64,000 nt of DNA, from assembly GCA_964187785.1 (NCBI GenBank), contig OZ076413.1, positions 24,800,001 through 24,864,000 of the forward strand, read 5' to 3'. This document shows positions 36,141 through 49,962 of the stretch, in pieces. The DNA comes from Amphiscolops sp. MND2022 (Eukaryota). A program made the translations under genes and the position numbers. The notes below the pieces were generated by a model. That model searched no databases. It was not told the origin of the DNA and saw nothing but the letters and a program-made list of their open reading frames with translations. Every line of letters begins with the position of its first letter. The first letter of the stretch is position 1.

Positions 36141-39100
36141 ATGCATTAACTCCCACAAGTTGTTTTACTCCTTATAGACACATGCATCACCAAATCAAAA
36201 CCAACGTGACTGTCCATCCAGACTTGAAATTTCATTTCTTTCGGATAGTGCCGCCTCAATTTTTGTATTGAACTATCCTATGTGTTATAATCACAAAACT
36301 CTTGAATATTAAACAAAACAGTCCACATAAATCGTCTAAAACGTTAACAGTTGCAAATCAAACAGAAGTTCCTATTTTACACTACGTTACCTTCACTTTA
36401 AACACAACCTTAGAAGATGACTCTCGTCAATTTATAATACCTTTTGCAGTAGCAGACATAAAATACAATACCCTTGGTACACCCTTCTTTGAAGAAAATA
36501 TACAGAACAAAAATATTCAAGATTTTACTTTACAATTTAAACATCATTCTAGAGTATACCCAAACTATACAAACTTTACTTTACTCTTATCCAAAGATTA
36601 TCCATATTTCTCATATATCTATCGAATCAATTCTAAAACACAAATTCGTCTAAAACCCAACTCCTCTAAAATAGCACACTTCCCTATAAAAAATTATTCA
36701 AACCTTCATTTCTCAACGACTCCCTAAAACCAATTTTTTCCTACAATCCCACAAACCTATTTTTCTACAAATTTTTGTACAACCTTAAATTTCATTAAAA
36801 TTTTCACGGATGACAAACCAATCAATTTTGCTACAATTAATCAAAACTCTACTAATCATGTTGCAACACTACATACCCACATTGGATATAGAAAAATTCC
36901 AATTACTAATGAAAAACCTAATAATTACCAAGTAAATGACATAAACACACTCATACACAATGTCACCTATACGTACCATCCGAAATTACAGAACCAATTC
37001 CGCAAACAAACTACTTTGTTTCACCCACTCATGACACATCCTCTTTTACTCAATATTCTTTGCACCAAGTATATATGACAGATTCTTATCCATTACAAAA
37101 AACTTCATCTCTCTATAAAGTCCAACCCACGTCTCACACTTCAAAACCTCGAAATTTCCCTTCATTGCCATATTCTCAAGAAATTCTCAAATTTATCAAC
37201 AAAGTTAACTTCATTACTCTGATTTAACATATACGGAGTACATTACACTCTGCAATTTGTTACTCAAATATAAAACATGGTATGCTACCCATGAAAACGA
37301 TGAAGGAAAGATTGCAACTCTCTTCCGCATTAGACTCGAACCAAATGCTAAACTTATTACACAACGCCCTTCTAAAGAACCAATCCATTGCCGTGACAAA
37401 CTCGTCAATCTTCTTAAAGAACTAGAAAAACTAGAAAATTTGGTTCTTCTCCTCAAGACAAACCAGTGTATGGCACAACGTATTTAAATCCTCTTATTAT
37501 TATACCTAAAGGAGACTCCTTTAAATTTGTATTAGACGCACGACGTCTTAGCTCTAATGCAGAACAATCTGACGAATCTTGGCCTATTGAAACTCTTGCT
37601 CCGCAATTAGCACGAGCAAACAAATAATTTAAATGTGCAATAGACCTCATGTACGCCTATGCACAAACCCCTCTTGATGAAAGAACTATCAAACTTACGA
37701 GTTTCTCCACCGACGATAAACTCTTTGCTTTTATAAGAGACTTTTATGGTCTCAAAGGACTTCCGAGTTTTTTTACAAAACAAATGTCAACAATCTTTAA
37801 AACCCGTATTGAACAAGGTTTGGCTCTTGTTAATATCGATGTTATCTTACTTTTATCAAATTCAAAAGAACACATGTTTCAACTTATTGAACAATTACAT
37901 ATTATTAGGGCAAAAAATAATCTGAAACTCGCTCCTGAAAAATTCTTCTTCATGCTTCTCAAAGTCAAATTTTTGGGGCATGAAATAGGTTATAATACAA
38001 TCAAACCCATTAGTTCAAAAACTGCCGTCATACATAAAATTCCTTCTCCCACTGGAAAAATTGCCCTAATGAGTTTCATAGGCGCACTTAACTTTTACAC
38101 AAACTTTTTCGAAAAAATTCAAATTAACCTCAAACCATTCTACAATCTATTACATGAGAACACTCCTTGGAAATGGACTGATGAACATGAACGTTTATTT
38201 CAAACACTGGAGACATCTCTTAGTTCTGGCACAGAACTTACTATTCCCAATACAAAACACCCATTCTTTGTTACAGTAGACGCTTTACTTGTTGGACTAG
38301 GCGCTGTCCTTTTCCAATTGAACGAACAAAACCAAATGAACGTCATATCTTACAATTCATGTATGTTAAATCCACAACAAAAACTTTCCACTCTTGAACG
38401 TTAACTCTTTGGTATAGTCCACGCTCTTCAATTTATGATTTCATCATTATAGGATCACTACATCCAATCCATAGATTCACTGACCATAAACCTATTCTAC
38501 ATTGTTTTACAAAAAAGGGAAACCTCAGCCCACGATTCTATCGAGCTCAAATGCAACTAACAAAATTCTCAAAACTTAAAATTATACATACTCCTGGAAA
38601 AAATCTTCCTGTTGCTGACTTACTCAGTCGATCTTTTACAAAAGAAGAACTCCAAATAAATCAATTAAAACACAAACATCTCCCACCTCAAATTGACTTT
38701 ACTTTATTTGAAAACAACACAATTAAACTCGTACATTACTTGATTGAACACGAAGAAAATTTTCCGCATCAAAAACATGACTCTCATCCAATCCTTGCTG
38801 ATTATGGTACAGATCACTTTTCATTACGTATTAATGACGAAGGTAACGATATTATTGTTCAACCTTCAAACTCTTTTTCTTTCAAAGCTGTCACTCCGTT
38901 TAAAACCAAATTCAAAACACCTATCAAAAAACATAACAAATCTCTTCATCAACAATCTCGCCCATTAAACGATACTGATGTTACAAGTGATGACGAAGAA
39001 CACATAACACTAGAATTCCAAAAAATAATTGTCCTTTCTCTATTGATAAAACATTGAACAAGAAGAATCTTTCTCTACAATAAAAAAAATCCACAACCAA

Positions 39101-41077
39101 TAAAACACCAAAATCGTTATCAGAATCGACTTCTGCTATAGATGTACAAACCAATTCAACTCCTATACCACACTCTTCACAGATAATATCTTTCCATGAT
39201 CCTTCCTTTATAAAATACAAGAACTTATTTCCAAGGCTTCTTTCTTCCTGATGACTACTCCTTTAACCTCAAAACACTTCAGATTCAACAATCCCAAGAT
39301 CCTGTTCTTAAAACTATATACTCTTTGATATCTCGGAATGAGAAACCTGAATTTCTTACACCTTTATTCACTGGTTATCTTTTCTTAGACGCATGTTACA
39401 AACGATTTTCACAACGTTTCATTGATGATACTACAAATCTTACAAGTCTATATACAACAAACCCCTTTCTCCCGAAACACATCCCATTTCAATTCCAAAA
39501 TTAAAACACCATCATATTAGAATTTGTCTCCTTTTTAGACTGTTTCAAACTGTATTTCACAAACTTCACGAACACTCTCATACAGGGATCAAAGTATTTT
39601 ATAACACTTTTTCACAATATTACTACATTCCTTATCTTGAGAAATGGTTATCTATTTTTATACATAGTCTTGAATGCCAACAAAAAAAACACTTCAATAT
39701 GAAAATCCAAACTGCACCTACAGATTCGTTTACAGAACGTGCTCCTTTTTTCAATTACAGAATTTCTATGGACACCAAAGGACCTATCAATCCTCCTTCA
39801 GAACAAAAACATACATTCATGTCAAAGTTGACGCTTTTAGGCACTTTATTGTTACCGTCCCAATCAAATCAAACAATGCCAAAACCGCAGTTGAAATTCT
39901 ATTACACCATTGGATTACCAAATATGGTCCACCTATTTACCTTGTTAGTGATCGTGGATCCGAATACATAAATAAAGATATGGCACATCTTTGTACACTT
40001 ATGGGAAATAGACACTCCCCTAGAACAGCTTATTATCCTTGGACAAATGGCCTTGTAGAAGTACGAAACAGAAACCTTGGCACTCACCTTCGTATGTTTC
40101 TTCATAACAACCCTCAAGATTGGGCATTCCAAGTCCACATGTATGCTTAGGCACACAATTCACAACCTCTTTCAGAACTCAATGATTCTCCTTATGAAAT
40201 AGTTTTTCACACAAAACCCAGAATCCCACTGACCTTTGATTCAAACCTTAATCGTAATAACTCAAAAACTTGTATTTCACAATATTGTTCACAACTCCCA
40301 GAATATATTCACATTAAGACAAAACAGATCTCAACCCTTTTTTTACAATAAAACTCTTTCTGAACCTATTCCACAATGGTTTCTCGCTGTAGAAACTGGT
40401 AATGTTACAAATATATTCCACTGTATATTACTACACCCTTAAAAAATTAAATTCTAACGTTTATATTACTAAAACTAATCATGAAGGGAAACCACTTCTT
40501 ATTGGCACTTTTGTATTCAAACGTCATTTTGCACATGTTCATTTTTCTGACAAACTTAAACCCCTTCTGATTGGTCCATACAAAATTCTTGATGGAAAAA
40601 CCGATGTTACATATGAACTTCTTGCACAAGATGGTTCTACATTACACGTTCATAAAAATCATTTAATACCTTATTATCCTAAAGAATCACTCTTATATCC
40701 TCATCTCCGTCATTTCGTGCGTTTCTCTGACTCAATTAACTATGATATTAATATTCCAAAACCCATTAAATATGCTAATAGCGACTCATCACCTTTTAAT
40801 TCCAATTAACCCCTTTCTGACAAAACCTTTTCACCAAATGACTAAAACCCTCCACAAGGTGACCTTTTTCAAAACTCATCAAATACTAGTCCTCTGTCAA
40901 ATACTACCTCACCTTTCAAACAAATTCTCAAAGCTCTTGATAATAATCACTAGTCTGACAGAACCCGTCATCCATATCAAAATCAATCAACACCTCCTTA
41001 TCCTACACATAGTAGAGATACCAAAACTCAATATAACTTACGACAACAACCCAAAAAGGATTATCGTTTTTTCATAA
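36140..41077 (+). pseudogene. pol: pol of element 2 (PR-RT-RNase H-IN)
   Basis: Protease DSAASI...ILG-type box; RT FVLDARR...AIDLMYAY...FYGLKGLPSFF...LVNIDVILL; RNase H FFVTVDALLVGLGAVLFQ, FTDHKP, VADLLSR; integrase HEHSHTG, ISMDTKGP, YGPPIYLVSDRGSEY, WTNGLVEVRNRNL, IGPYKIL (GPY/F). Confidence 0.96.
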
Positions 41078-41099
41078 CACCATGCAAACTTTGAGTTAT

Positions 41100-41936
41100 T
41101 CATTCAAACTCTCAGACTTGCTTTAACTAGTCAAACAAAATAAAAGGAAAACAAGTCTAAACAAGCTGAACTACCACCCTGGATTCTCCATCTGAGATAT
41201 CCCCCTCTGCTCCTAGTATTATTTCTACATCTGAATCTTCAGTATCACAAGCCACTCCTGTAACAAGCAATAAAACTCCTGTAACTCCTTCAAAACGACC
41301 ACGATCTCATATTATAACTATCTCTCCTACACCATCTTCTCACAATACATCTACTCATATTAAAAGACCACCTATCGCTGAGATACCATACACTCCTCGT
41401 TCTAGATCTCAACCATCAACTCATACACCTATATTTCATCTACCACATTCTCATACCGTATCACACTTTGTAAACTATAAACAGCCAACTGCTTTAAAAA
41501 CTGCTCGCCTCCCATCTAATCTTCAACATAAAATAGATATAGTACAAATACCTGAAATGGAATACACGCCTCTACCTTCATTAGAACTACCCTCTGAATC
41601 CTCTACTACTAAACTTCATCCTCCCTCTAAAACCTCTTAGACATCCTTCGACTTCTCTTTCTAACTTGATAGATTCTGCGTCCGAATATCAACCACAAAC
41701 AGACACTTCCAGCTCTGATATTGTACCTCAACATAGGTATAATCTTAAACCTCTTCCGAATAGACGTCTCAGTGCTACTGACTCGTCGACACCTAATTTT
41801 TCAGCACTATTCAGTAATTCCGTTTGAAGTTATTTTAATTAACTTTAATTGTGGTCCAGAACTACATGATTTAGCTTATGGCAAAATCGTCTTTTACAAC
41901 CCTTATTCTGGTCTCAAATACACTACTTCTGGTTAA
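41100..41936 (+). pseudogene. ORFx of element 2, copy 1 (copy 2 ~44435-45269)
   Basis: S/T/P-rich reading frame ending ...RYNL(R/K)PLPNRR...LAYGKIVFYNPYSGLKYTTSG*. Confidence 0.6.
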
Positions 41937-41961
41937 CAAATGTACTTCTTCTGTTACATAT

Positions 41962-44355
41962 ATGCTACTCTTACATTCAACTATATATTTTACTTCTTCG
42001 ATTCCTATTACTCCAACTGATGATAACCAATATCTTCCACCTGATGATCCAAATATTACAAATCTTATAGTCTCTCATTATGACTGTGAAAAACAACATA
42101 ACCTTCGCCAGTTTAACCTTCTTAATGTGAAACAATGTACTGAAGCTCCTTCTAATATACAACATGCAAGTGTTCAAGCCCGAGTCTGTTAAAGCAAAAA
42201 CCAAATCTGTTCGCGCTTTCAAATGTGAAGCCTACGCTAAGAAAGAACGAAAAGTTTGCTTTCAAGGTAATGTCAAATACAGACGTGTTGATAGAACTGT
42301 TTGGAATCATAACACTATGCCGCTACCTATCACTCTTGATCCTCTTCGAATGTAAGAACCTTATTAGACACCTTAATGGAAATGATGATAAAATATTCAA
42401 CAAAAAAAAACTTTAACAAAACTTTTACACTATCAGAAAACCACAACTTTCAAGAACAACTCGAACGATTTCAAACCCCTTTTAAGGTTTACCAAATTAA
42501 CAAACTGTATACAGGAACATTTACTTATATGCCTGCTGACAAAAATTGGATATATGACCCACTTCGCAATCCTCATCATAACTGTTCTGCTCATCACCAA
42601 TTTGAAGTCAATTTAGTTAGTTGGCGACTCGCAATATCTGAAATAGAATTAACCTATGATGACACTCAAAATGTTGTGATACTAGATGGTCACACTTTAC
42701 CATGCTACTTTGCAGATGGTTTCTGTAAACCAACAACAAAAACGCCTCATACACTTGTATGGTTTAGTGTTGACTTTTGTCTCATATTTACAATAAAAGA
42801 TTTTATTATAGGTATGACCAAAATTGAAGACCGCTATTGGATTGAAACTGACTTTTTTGTACACTCTTCTGTTGCTAAAAAAATTGCCACCAATAAGAGT
42901 ATTAAAGGTACTTCTTGTCCTTATATCCATGCTCCACATGCACAAAACCCACATAACCCAAGTCTTTCACGCTTTGAAGTTTTTCCTAATGCTCAAACCT
43001 TTTGTGGTAAACCTGAACCTTTTTTTTCTACTCAGTACTCTGACCTTTTTGTTACTTCTACTGAAGGATTTAACATGCATACAGGACAACCAAATCCTAG
43101 TTCTATAACAAACGAATATATTTCTGGTAAAATTGTATTGAACAATTCTAATACCAAATAGGCATTCCCAGCATTGAATGTTTCCAATAATTTTGCCACG
43201 ATAGACTGTGACGCACATATAAATAAAAATAGATTACGCTATTAACCATGTTTTCGTTCAATGACAGTTCGTGAACTGAATACTCTTCATACAGTGTGTG
43301 AATTAGAACGAAATCAATTCCTTACAATTTTTCCAATGTCTGTATAAAATCCTCAACTTGCTGGTTTCCTTTTAACGGGAAATCAAATAATTTGCTTCAT
43401 GTTGAAGGATCTACGGCTTTATGACTGCCCACATTTTCTCTCTCCCTTATACAGTACTGATCGTTGTTTTGACAGAGTCCCTATTCACTTTAAAGACACC
43501 CTTATGTACGTTGATCCTATTACACGCCAAACATTTGATTAGGCTACTCCTATCACATGTGAAAATAATCTAAAAAATATTATTGAACTTGATCCAGACT
43601 CAGATGATCAAAACTTTTATATCCTTGGTCCTGAACCTATTAAACGAAAACCACCACTCATGTTCACTCCTTCTCAAATTAAAACTACAATACGACCTAA
43701 TACTTTTACAGCTCAAGACGCTGGTATATATTCAAATGCCGAGTTAGACAAATTTTGGAACAGAATTCTATTTTCCAAAGATTCAGATACTACATTACAA
43801 CTTTTGGGAAAAGCCTTCAGTTATTCTTTTATATCATCTAACACACCTTATTATGATGCCAATACCCCACATGAGAATCCTTACAAAACGCTACGTATTG
43901 GATTTCATGATAAACTAATTAATCTTACACCACTCTTCACTCCTACATGGTTTTCAGATGCTTTCATCGCTTTATTTGGATACCCATGTTACAGTTTAAC
44001 ACAATGTGGAAATTACTCTTCTCTTTATCTTTCCATACAAACAATGTTAACACTCATAGTTAAACTTTATGAAAATATTTCTATCAGTTATAATCTTAAA
44101 CAAAATATTACAGTTCTCAGCTCTATTGCCCATGGTTTTTTGAATATTCTTACAGCTGACATGATAAATGACCTAAAAAATGCTCGTTCCAAAAGATCTT
44201 TTAAAAGTTCAAATCACCTGCCCAACATTACTGAAAACCCATTAGACGAATCTTTCTTAAGTCCTCATGATACAACAGGCATTTCTTCGAATCCAACTGG
44301 TTTTATTTCACCACCACCTTTCTATACAAACGTCCGAATAAGATTTCTATATTGA
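41962..44355 (+). pseudogene. env: env-like class III-type glycoprotein, copy 1
   Basis: Signal-like MLLLHSTIYFTSS; VSHYDCEKQHNLRQFNLLNVKQC; Cys-rich ectodomain with N-glycosylation sequons; VCELERNQFLTI...NPQLAGFLLTG; CFDRVPI..KDTLMYVDPITRQ; C-terminal hydrophobic segment (43660..44355). Multiple stops and frameshifts. Confidence 0.88.
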
Positions 44356-45294
44356 CACGTTTTAATTTCCTTCCAAAACGAAAACCCAAAAAGGATTATC
44401 GTTTTTTCATAACACCATGCAAACTTTGAGTTATTCATTCAAACTCTCAGACTTGCTTTAACTAGTCAAACATATAAAAGGAAAACAAGTCTAAACAAGC
44501 TGAACTACCACCCTGGATTCTCCATCTGAGATATCCCCCTCTGCTCCTAGTATTATTTCTACATCTGAATCTTCAGTATCACAAGCCACTCCTGTAACAA
44601 GCAATAAAACTCCTGTAACTCCTTCAAAACGACCACGATCTCATATTATAACTATCTCTCCTACACCATCTTCTCACAATACATCTACTCATATTAGTAG
44701 ACCACCTATCGCTGAGATACCATACACTCCTCGTTCTAGATCTCAACCATCAACTCATACACCTATATTTCATCTACCACATTCTCATACCGTATCACAC
44801 TTTGTAAACTATAAACAGCCAACTGCTATAAAAACTGCTCGCCTCCCATCTAATCTTCAACATAAAATAGATATAGTACAAATACCTGAAATGGAATACA
44901 CGCCTCTACCTTCATTAGAACTACCCTCTGAATCCTCTACTACTAAACTTCATCCTCCCTCTAAAACCTCTTAGACATCCTTCGACTTCTCTTTCTAACT
45001 TGATAGATTCTGCGTCCGAATATCAACCACAAACAGACACTTCCAGCTCTGATATTGTACCTCAACATAGGTATAATCTTAGACCTCTTCCGAATAGACG
45101 TCTCAGTCTACTGACTCGTCGACACCTAATTTTTCAGCACTATTCAGTAATTCCGTTTGAAGTTATTTTAATTAACTTTAATTGTGGTCCAGAACTACAT
45201 GATTTAGCTTATGGCAAAATCGTCTTTTACAACCCTTATTCTGGTCTCAAATACACTACTTCTGGTTAACAAATGTACTTCTTCTGTTACATAT

Positions 45295-47686
45295 ATGCTA
45301 CTCTTACATTCAACTATATATTTTACTTCTTCGATTCCTATTACTCCAACTGATGATAACCAATATCTTCCACCTGATGATCCAAATATTACAAATCTTA
45401 TGGTCTCTCATTATGACTGTGAAAAACGACATAACCTTCGCCAGTTTAACCTTCTTAATGTGAAACAATGTACTGAAGCTCCTTCTAATATACAACATGC
45501 AAGTGTTCAAGCCCGAGTCTGTTAAAGCAAAAACCAAATCTGTTCGCGCTTTCAAATGTGAAGCCTACGCTAAGAAAGAACGAAAAGTTTGCTTTCAAGG
45601 TAATGTCAAATACAGACGTGTTGATAGAACTGTTTGGAATCATAACACTATGCCGCTACCTATCACTCTTGATCCTCTTCGAATGTAAGAACCTTATTAG
45701 ACACCTTAATGGAAATGATGATAAAATATTCAACAAAAAAAACTTTAACAAAACTTTTACACTATCAGGAAACCACAACTTTCAAGAACAACTCGAACGA
45801 TTTCAAACCCATTTTAAGGTTTACCAAATTAACAAACTGTATACAGGAACATTTACTTATATGCCTGCTGACAAAAATTGGATATATGACCCACTTCGCA
45901 ATCCTCATCATAACTGTTCTGCTCATCACCAATTTGAAGTCAATTTAGTTAGTTGGCGACTCGCAATATCTGAAATAGAATTAACCTATGATGACACTCA
46001 AAATGTTGTGATACTAGATGGTCACACTTTACCATGCTACTTTGCAGATGGTTTCTGTAAACCAACAACAAAAACGCCTCATACACTTGTATGGTTTAGT
46101 GTTGACTTTTGTCTCATATTTACAATAAAAGATTTTATTATAGGTATGACCAAAATTGAAGACCGCTATTGGATTGAAACTGACTTTTTTGTACACTCTT
46201 CTGTTGCTAAAAAATTTGCCACCAATAAGAGTATTAAAGGTACTTCTTGTCCTTATATCCATGCTCCACATGCACAAAACCCACATAACCCAAGTCTTTC
46301 ACGCTTTGAAGTTTTTCCTAATGCTCAAACCTTTTGTGGTAAACCTGAACCTTTTTTTCTACTCAGTACTCTGACCTTTTTGTTACTTCTACTGAAGGAT
46401 TTAACATGCATACAGGACAACCAAATCCTAGTTCTATAACAAACGAATATATTTCTGGTAAAATTGTATTGAACAATTCTAATACCAAATAGGCATTCCC
46501 AGCATTGAATGTTTCCAATAATTTTGCCACGATAGACTGTGACGCACATATAAATAAAAATAGATTACGCTATTAACCATGTTTTCGTTCAATGACAGTT
46601 CGTGAACTGAATACTCTTCATACAGTGTGTGAATTAGAACGAAATCAATTCCTTACAATTTTTCCAATGTCTGTATAAAATCCTCAACTTGCTGGTTTCC
46701 TTTTAACGGGAAATCAAATAATTTGCTTCATGTTGAAGGATCTACGGCTTTATGACTGCCCACATTTTCTCTCTCCCTTATACAGTACTGATCGTTGTTT
46801 TGACAGAGTCCCTATTCACTTTAAAGACACCCTTATGTACGTTGATCCTATTACACGCCAAACATTTGATTAGGCTACTCCTATCACATGTGAAAATAAT
46901 CTAAAAAACATTATTGAACTTGATCCAGACTCAGATGATCAAAACTTTTATATCCTTGGTCCTGAACCTATTAAACGAAAACCACCACTCATGTTCACTC
47001 CTTCTCAAATTAAAACTACAATACGACCTAATACTTTTACAGCTCAAGACGCTGGTATATATTCAAATGCCGAGTTAGACAAATTTTGGAACAGAATTCT
47101 ATTTTCCAAAGATTCAGATACTACATTACAACTTTTGGGAAAAGCCTTCAGTTATTCTTTTATATCATCTAACACACCTTATTATGATGCCAATACCCCA
47201 CATGAGAATCCTTACAAAACGCTACGTATTGGATTTCATGATAAACTAATTAATCTTACACCACTCTTCACTCCTACATGGTTTTCAGATGCTTTCATCG
47301 CTTTATTTGGATACCCATGTTACAGTTTAACACAATGTGGAAATTACTCTTCTCTTTATCTTTCCATACAAACAATGTTAACACTCATAGTTAAACTTTA
47401 TGAAAATATTTCTATCAGTTATAATCTTAAACAAAATATTACAGTTCTCAGCTCTATTGCCCATGGTTTTTTGAATATTCTTACAGCTGACATGATAAAT
47501 GACCTAAAAAATGCTCGTTCCAAAAGATCTTTTAAAAGTTCAAATCACCTGCCCAACATTACTGAAAACCCATTAGACGAATCTTTCTTAAGTCCTCATG
47601 ATACAACAGGCATTTCTTCGAATCCAACTGGTTTTATTTCACCACCACCTTTCTATACAAACGTCCGAATAAGATTTCTATATTGA
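45295..47686 (+). pseudogene. env: env-like glycoprotein, copy 2
   Basis: Near-identical to copy 1 (ORFs 45211..45525, 45558..46439, 46991..47686). Confidence 0.88.
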
Positions 47687-48165
47687 CACGTTTTAATTTC
47701 CTTCCAAAACGAAAATAGTACTCCAATCAAAAACTCAATACTGAAATATCTCAATCTAATACTCCATCATCATTACCACATTTTTCTTCTGTCACCACAA
47801 ATCCTAATGATCATCCTTTAAATACCTCATCTGTCAATTGCGAGATGGACACTCCTGTTCGCATATATTCTAATACAAATTACCCCTTTCCTCCGCCATC
47901 TTTTATATATGATCACTCTGACTTTTTCACTACTCCTGCATAGCTGCTCAAAGAACAACTTCGCTTCAATTTTCACTCCGATCCACTTCAAAAATTTCGA
48001 TCAAAATTGAGCCACCACCTTCTTTTGACCTCTCACCAGTTATCAAAATAGCACTCAATCATCCTATCACTATCCGTGTCCTTGCTCCTCCTCCACAAAC
48101 AGCTAAGAAAGCTACTCGTTAGTGTTTTCTAAACTAAAATATTTTAACACAAATCTTTTTCAAAT

Positions 48166-49554
48166 ATGACACAAGCACAATTAGATTTTCATAACATGAC
48201 TTCACACAAAACACAAGAACAAATTGATCTTCAAAATAAACTCGAAATGCACACTACGGATCTCATAACAAAACCTCTCTCTAATGATTCTCCTGTTCTT
48301 TTTCTTGATCCTACGGATATTCCCAATGTATCTTCCCATGATCAAATGGAACATCAACCTACACCTTCAAAAAATAAAACACCTTCAGACCATGGTCAAT
48401 CTCCTGAAACTCCAACGCCACCAAAAAAGAAATATGAAACTATGAAAGACCCTGCATTCCTTTTTTCACCGGTCTATCCTCCATTAATACCTTCAAAACC
48501 TCAACTCCCCACTAACCGTGATGATTATTTTACACCCATACATTCTACAAGTCGATTCTCTTTCAAATCACAACTAACTTCTTTGTATATGCATCCAACC
48601 GACTACACTTTCAAACTCTATGATAGAAATCAAGACTTCTTCACATCAATTGCTTCTAACATTATGGCACCTTATCAGTACTGGCTTGATAAATTATATC
48701 AATGATATTGGTGTAAAAATATTCTCTCTTCAATTTAACTTTCTTCGTCCATCAATCTATGATCTAAAAACTGATGAGAACGATCCGTCTTTCCTATCTA
48801 ACACTCAAAAAGCCACTCATTATTTCACTTATACTCGTTTTCTTCAGCACACAAAACCTCAAAAAAAATTTTTGCGAACTATAAATATACCTCGCCTTCC
48901 ACGATGACAAATTTATTCACCATTGACCACTCTAAAATAACTGGATACCTTCGTAATTATGATCCAATCAAACTATATTTTTGCCTACTTCCTCATAATG
49001 ATACATCTCGTCCTCTCATAGTACCTCAAGAATATCTAATTCAATTTGATGACTTTCTGTTGCCTTGCAACGTTCCAACTCAAATTTTCAAACATTTGAC
49101 AGTAATCAAGCTTCTTGTTTCCTCACCCTTAGATGATAAAGAAACTTCATAATATACAGCTCTTTCAAAACAGTCACATTCCTATAATGAACTTTTGTTC
49201 GCTGCAAAAACCATTTCCTCTATGGTTCAAACAGAACAAAAACGTACTTATTCGGATCATAAATCTCCTCCAAAATCTCCTATCAAACATTCACAAACCA
49301 CTAATGAAAAACTTTCTACCATGTTGAACAATCGTACTCTCAAAGATATAACTCAAATGTTAGACCCTTATAAACGAAATCCATCGGATTCACCAATCAC
49401 CACTCTCAACCATCTCAAACATTGCTATGACAGAACCTCTAAACTTCTTCAGACTCTAGACCTAGATTCTCAAAGTACACCACAATCCTCCCAAGCAATT
49501 CAATCTGCCCTAGAATCAGAGAATACTCTTTTTAATACTTTCAATCTTCATTAA
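48166..49554 (+). pseudogene. Accessory ORF-A of element 2 (~460 codons, frameshifted), unknown function
   Basis: ORFs 48166..48705, 48620..48907, 48904..49152 and 49195..49554 tile one region, homologous to the element 1 array unit. Confidence 0.8.
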
Positions 49555-49962
49555 ATCGTCTTCAGGTAATACAAATTTCTTTAAATTTTGTACGATATTG
49601 GACACTTTACTCTATTGGACATTTTGAACCCCAACTACAGGTAGCATTCCTATTTTACATTTCAAAACTTTTTGACGTTCCATTTTAACATTTGTGGTAC
49701 AAAATCTTTCACGTATTCTGCTTTCTAAATATATCTTCTCGCACTCTCTTTTTCAACTCTTTTCTAAGTTTTTTTCACTTATAGTACAAAATTAACAAAA
49801 ATATTAAAAATTATAGCACCACACTATATAACATCAGACTCCTTGAGTTTTTCTTCAAATCTAAGACCCACTGTGTTTTAGAAACTTCTATTCTTCTTCC
49901 TCCTTCTGGCCTTTTTTCATCATTCAAAGGCTTCTATCAAGAGTAAAGCTCTCGTCATTTCA

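Larger units (their letters stand above)
41048..47715. repeat. 3.33-kb tandem duplication containing ORFx and env (41048-44382 / 44383-47715)
   Basis: Near-identical copies (ORF offsets 3331-3333 bp) sharing inactivating stops. Junction ...CGAAAA|CCCAAAAAGG. Confidence 0.98.
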
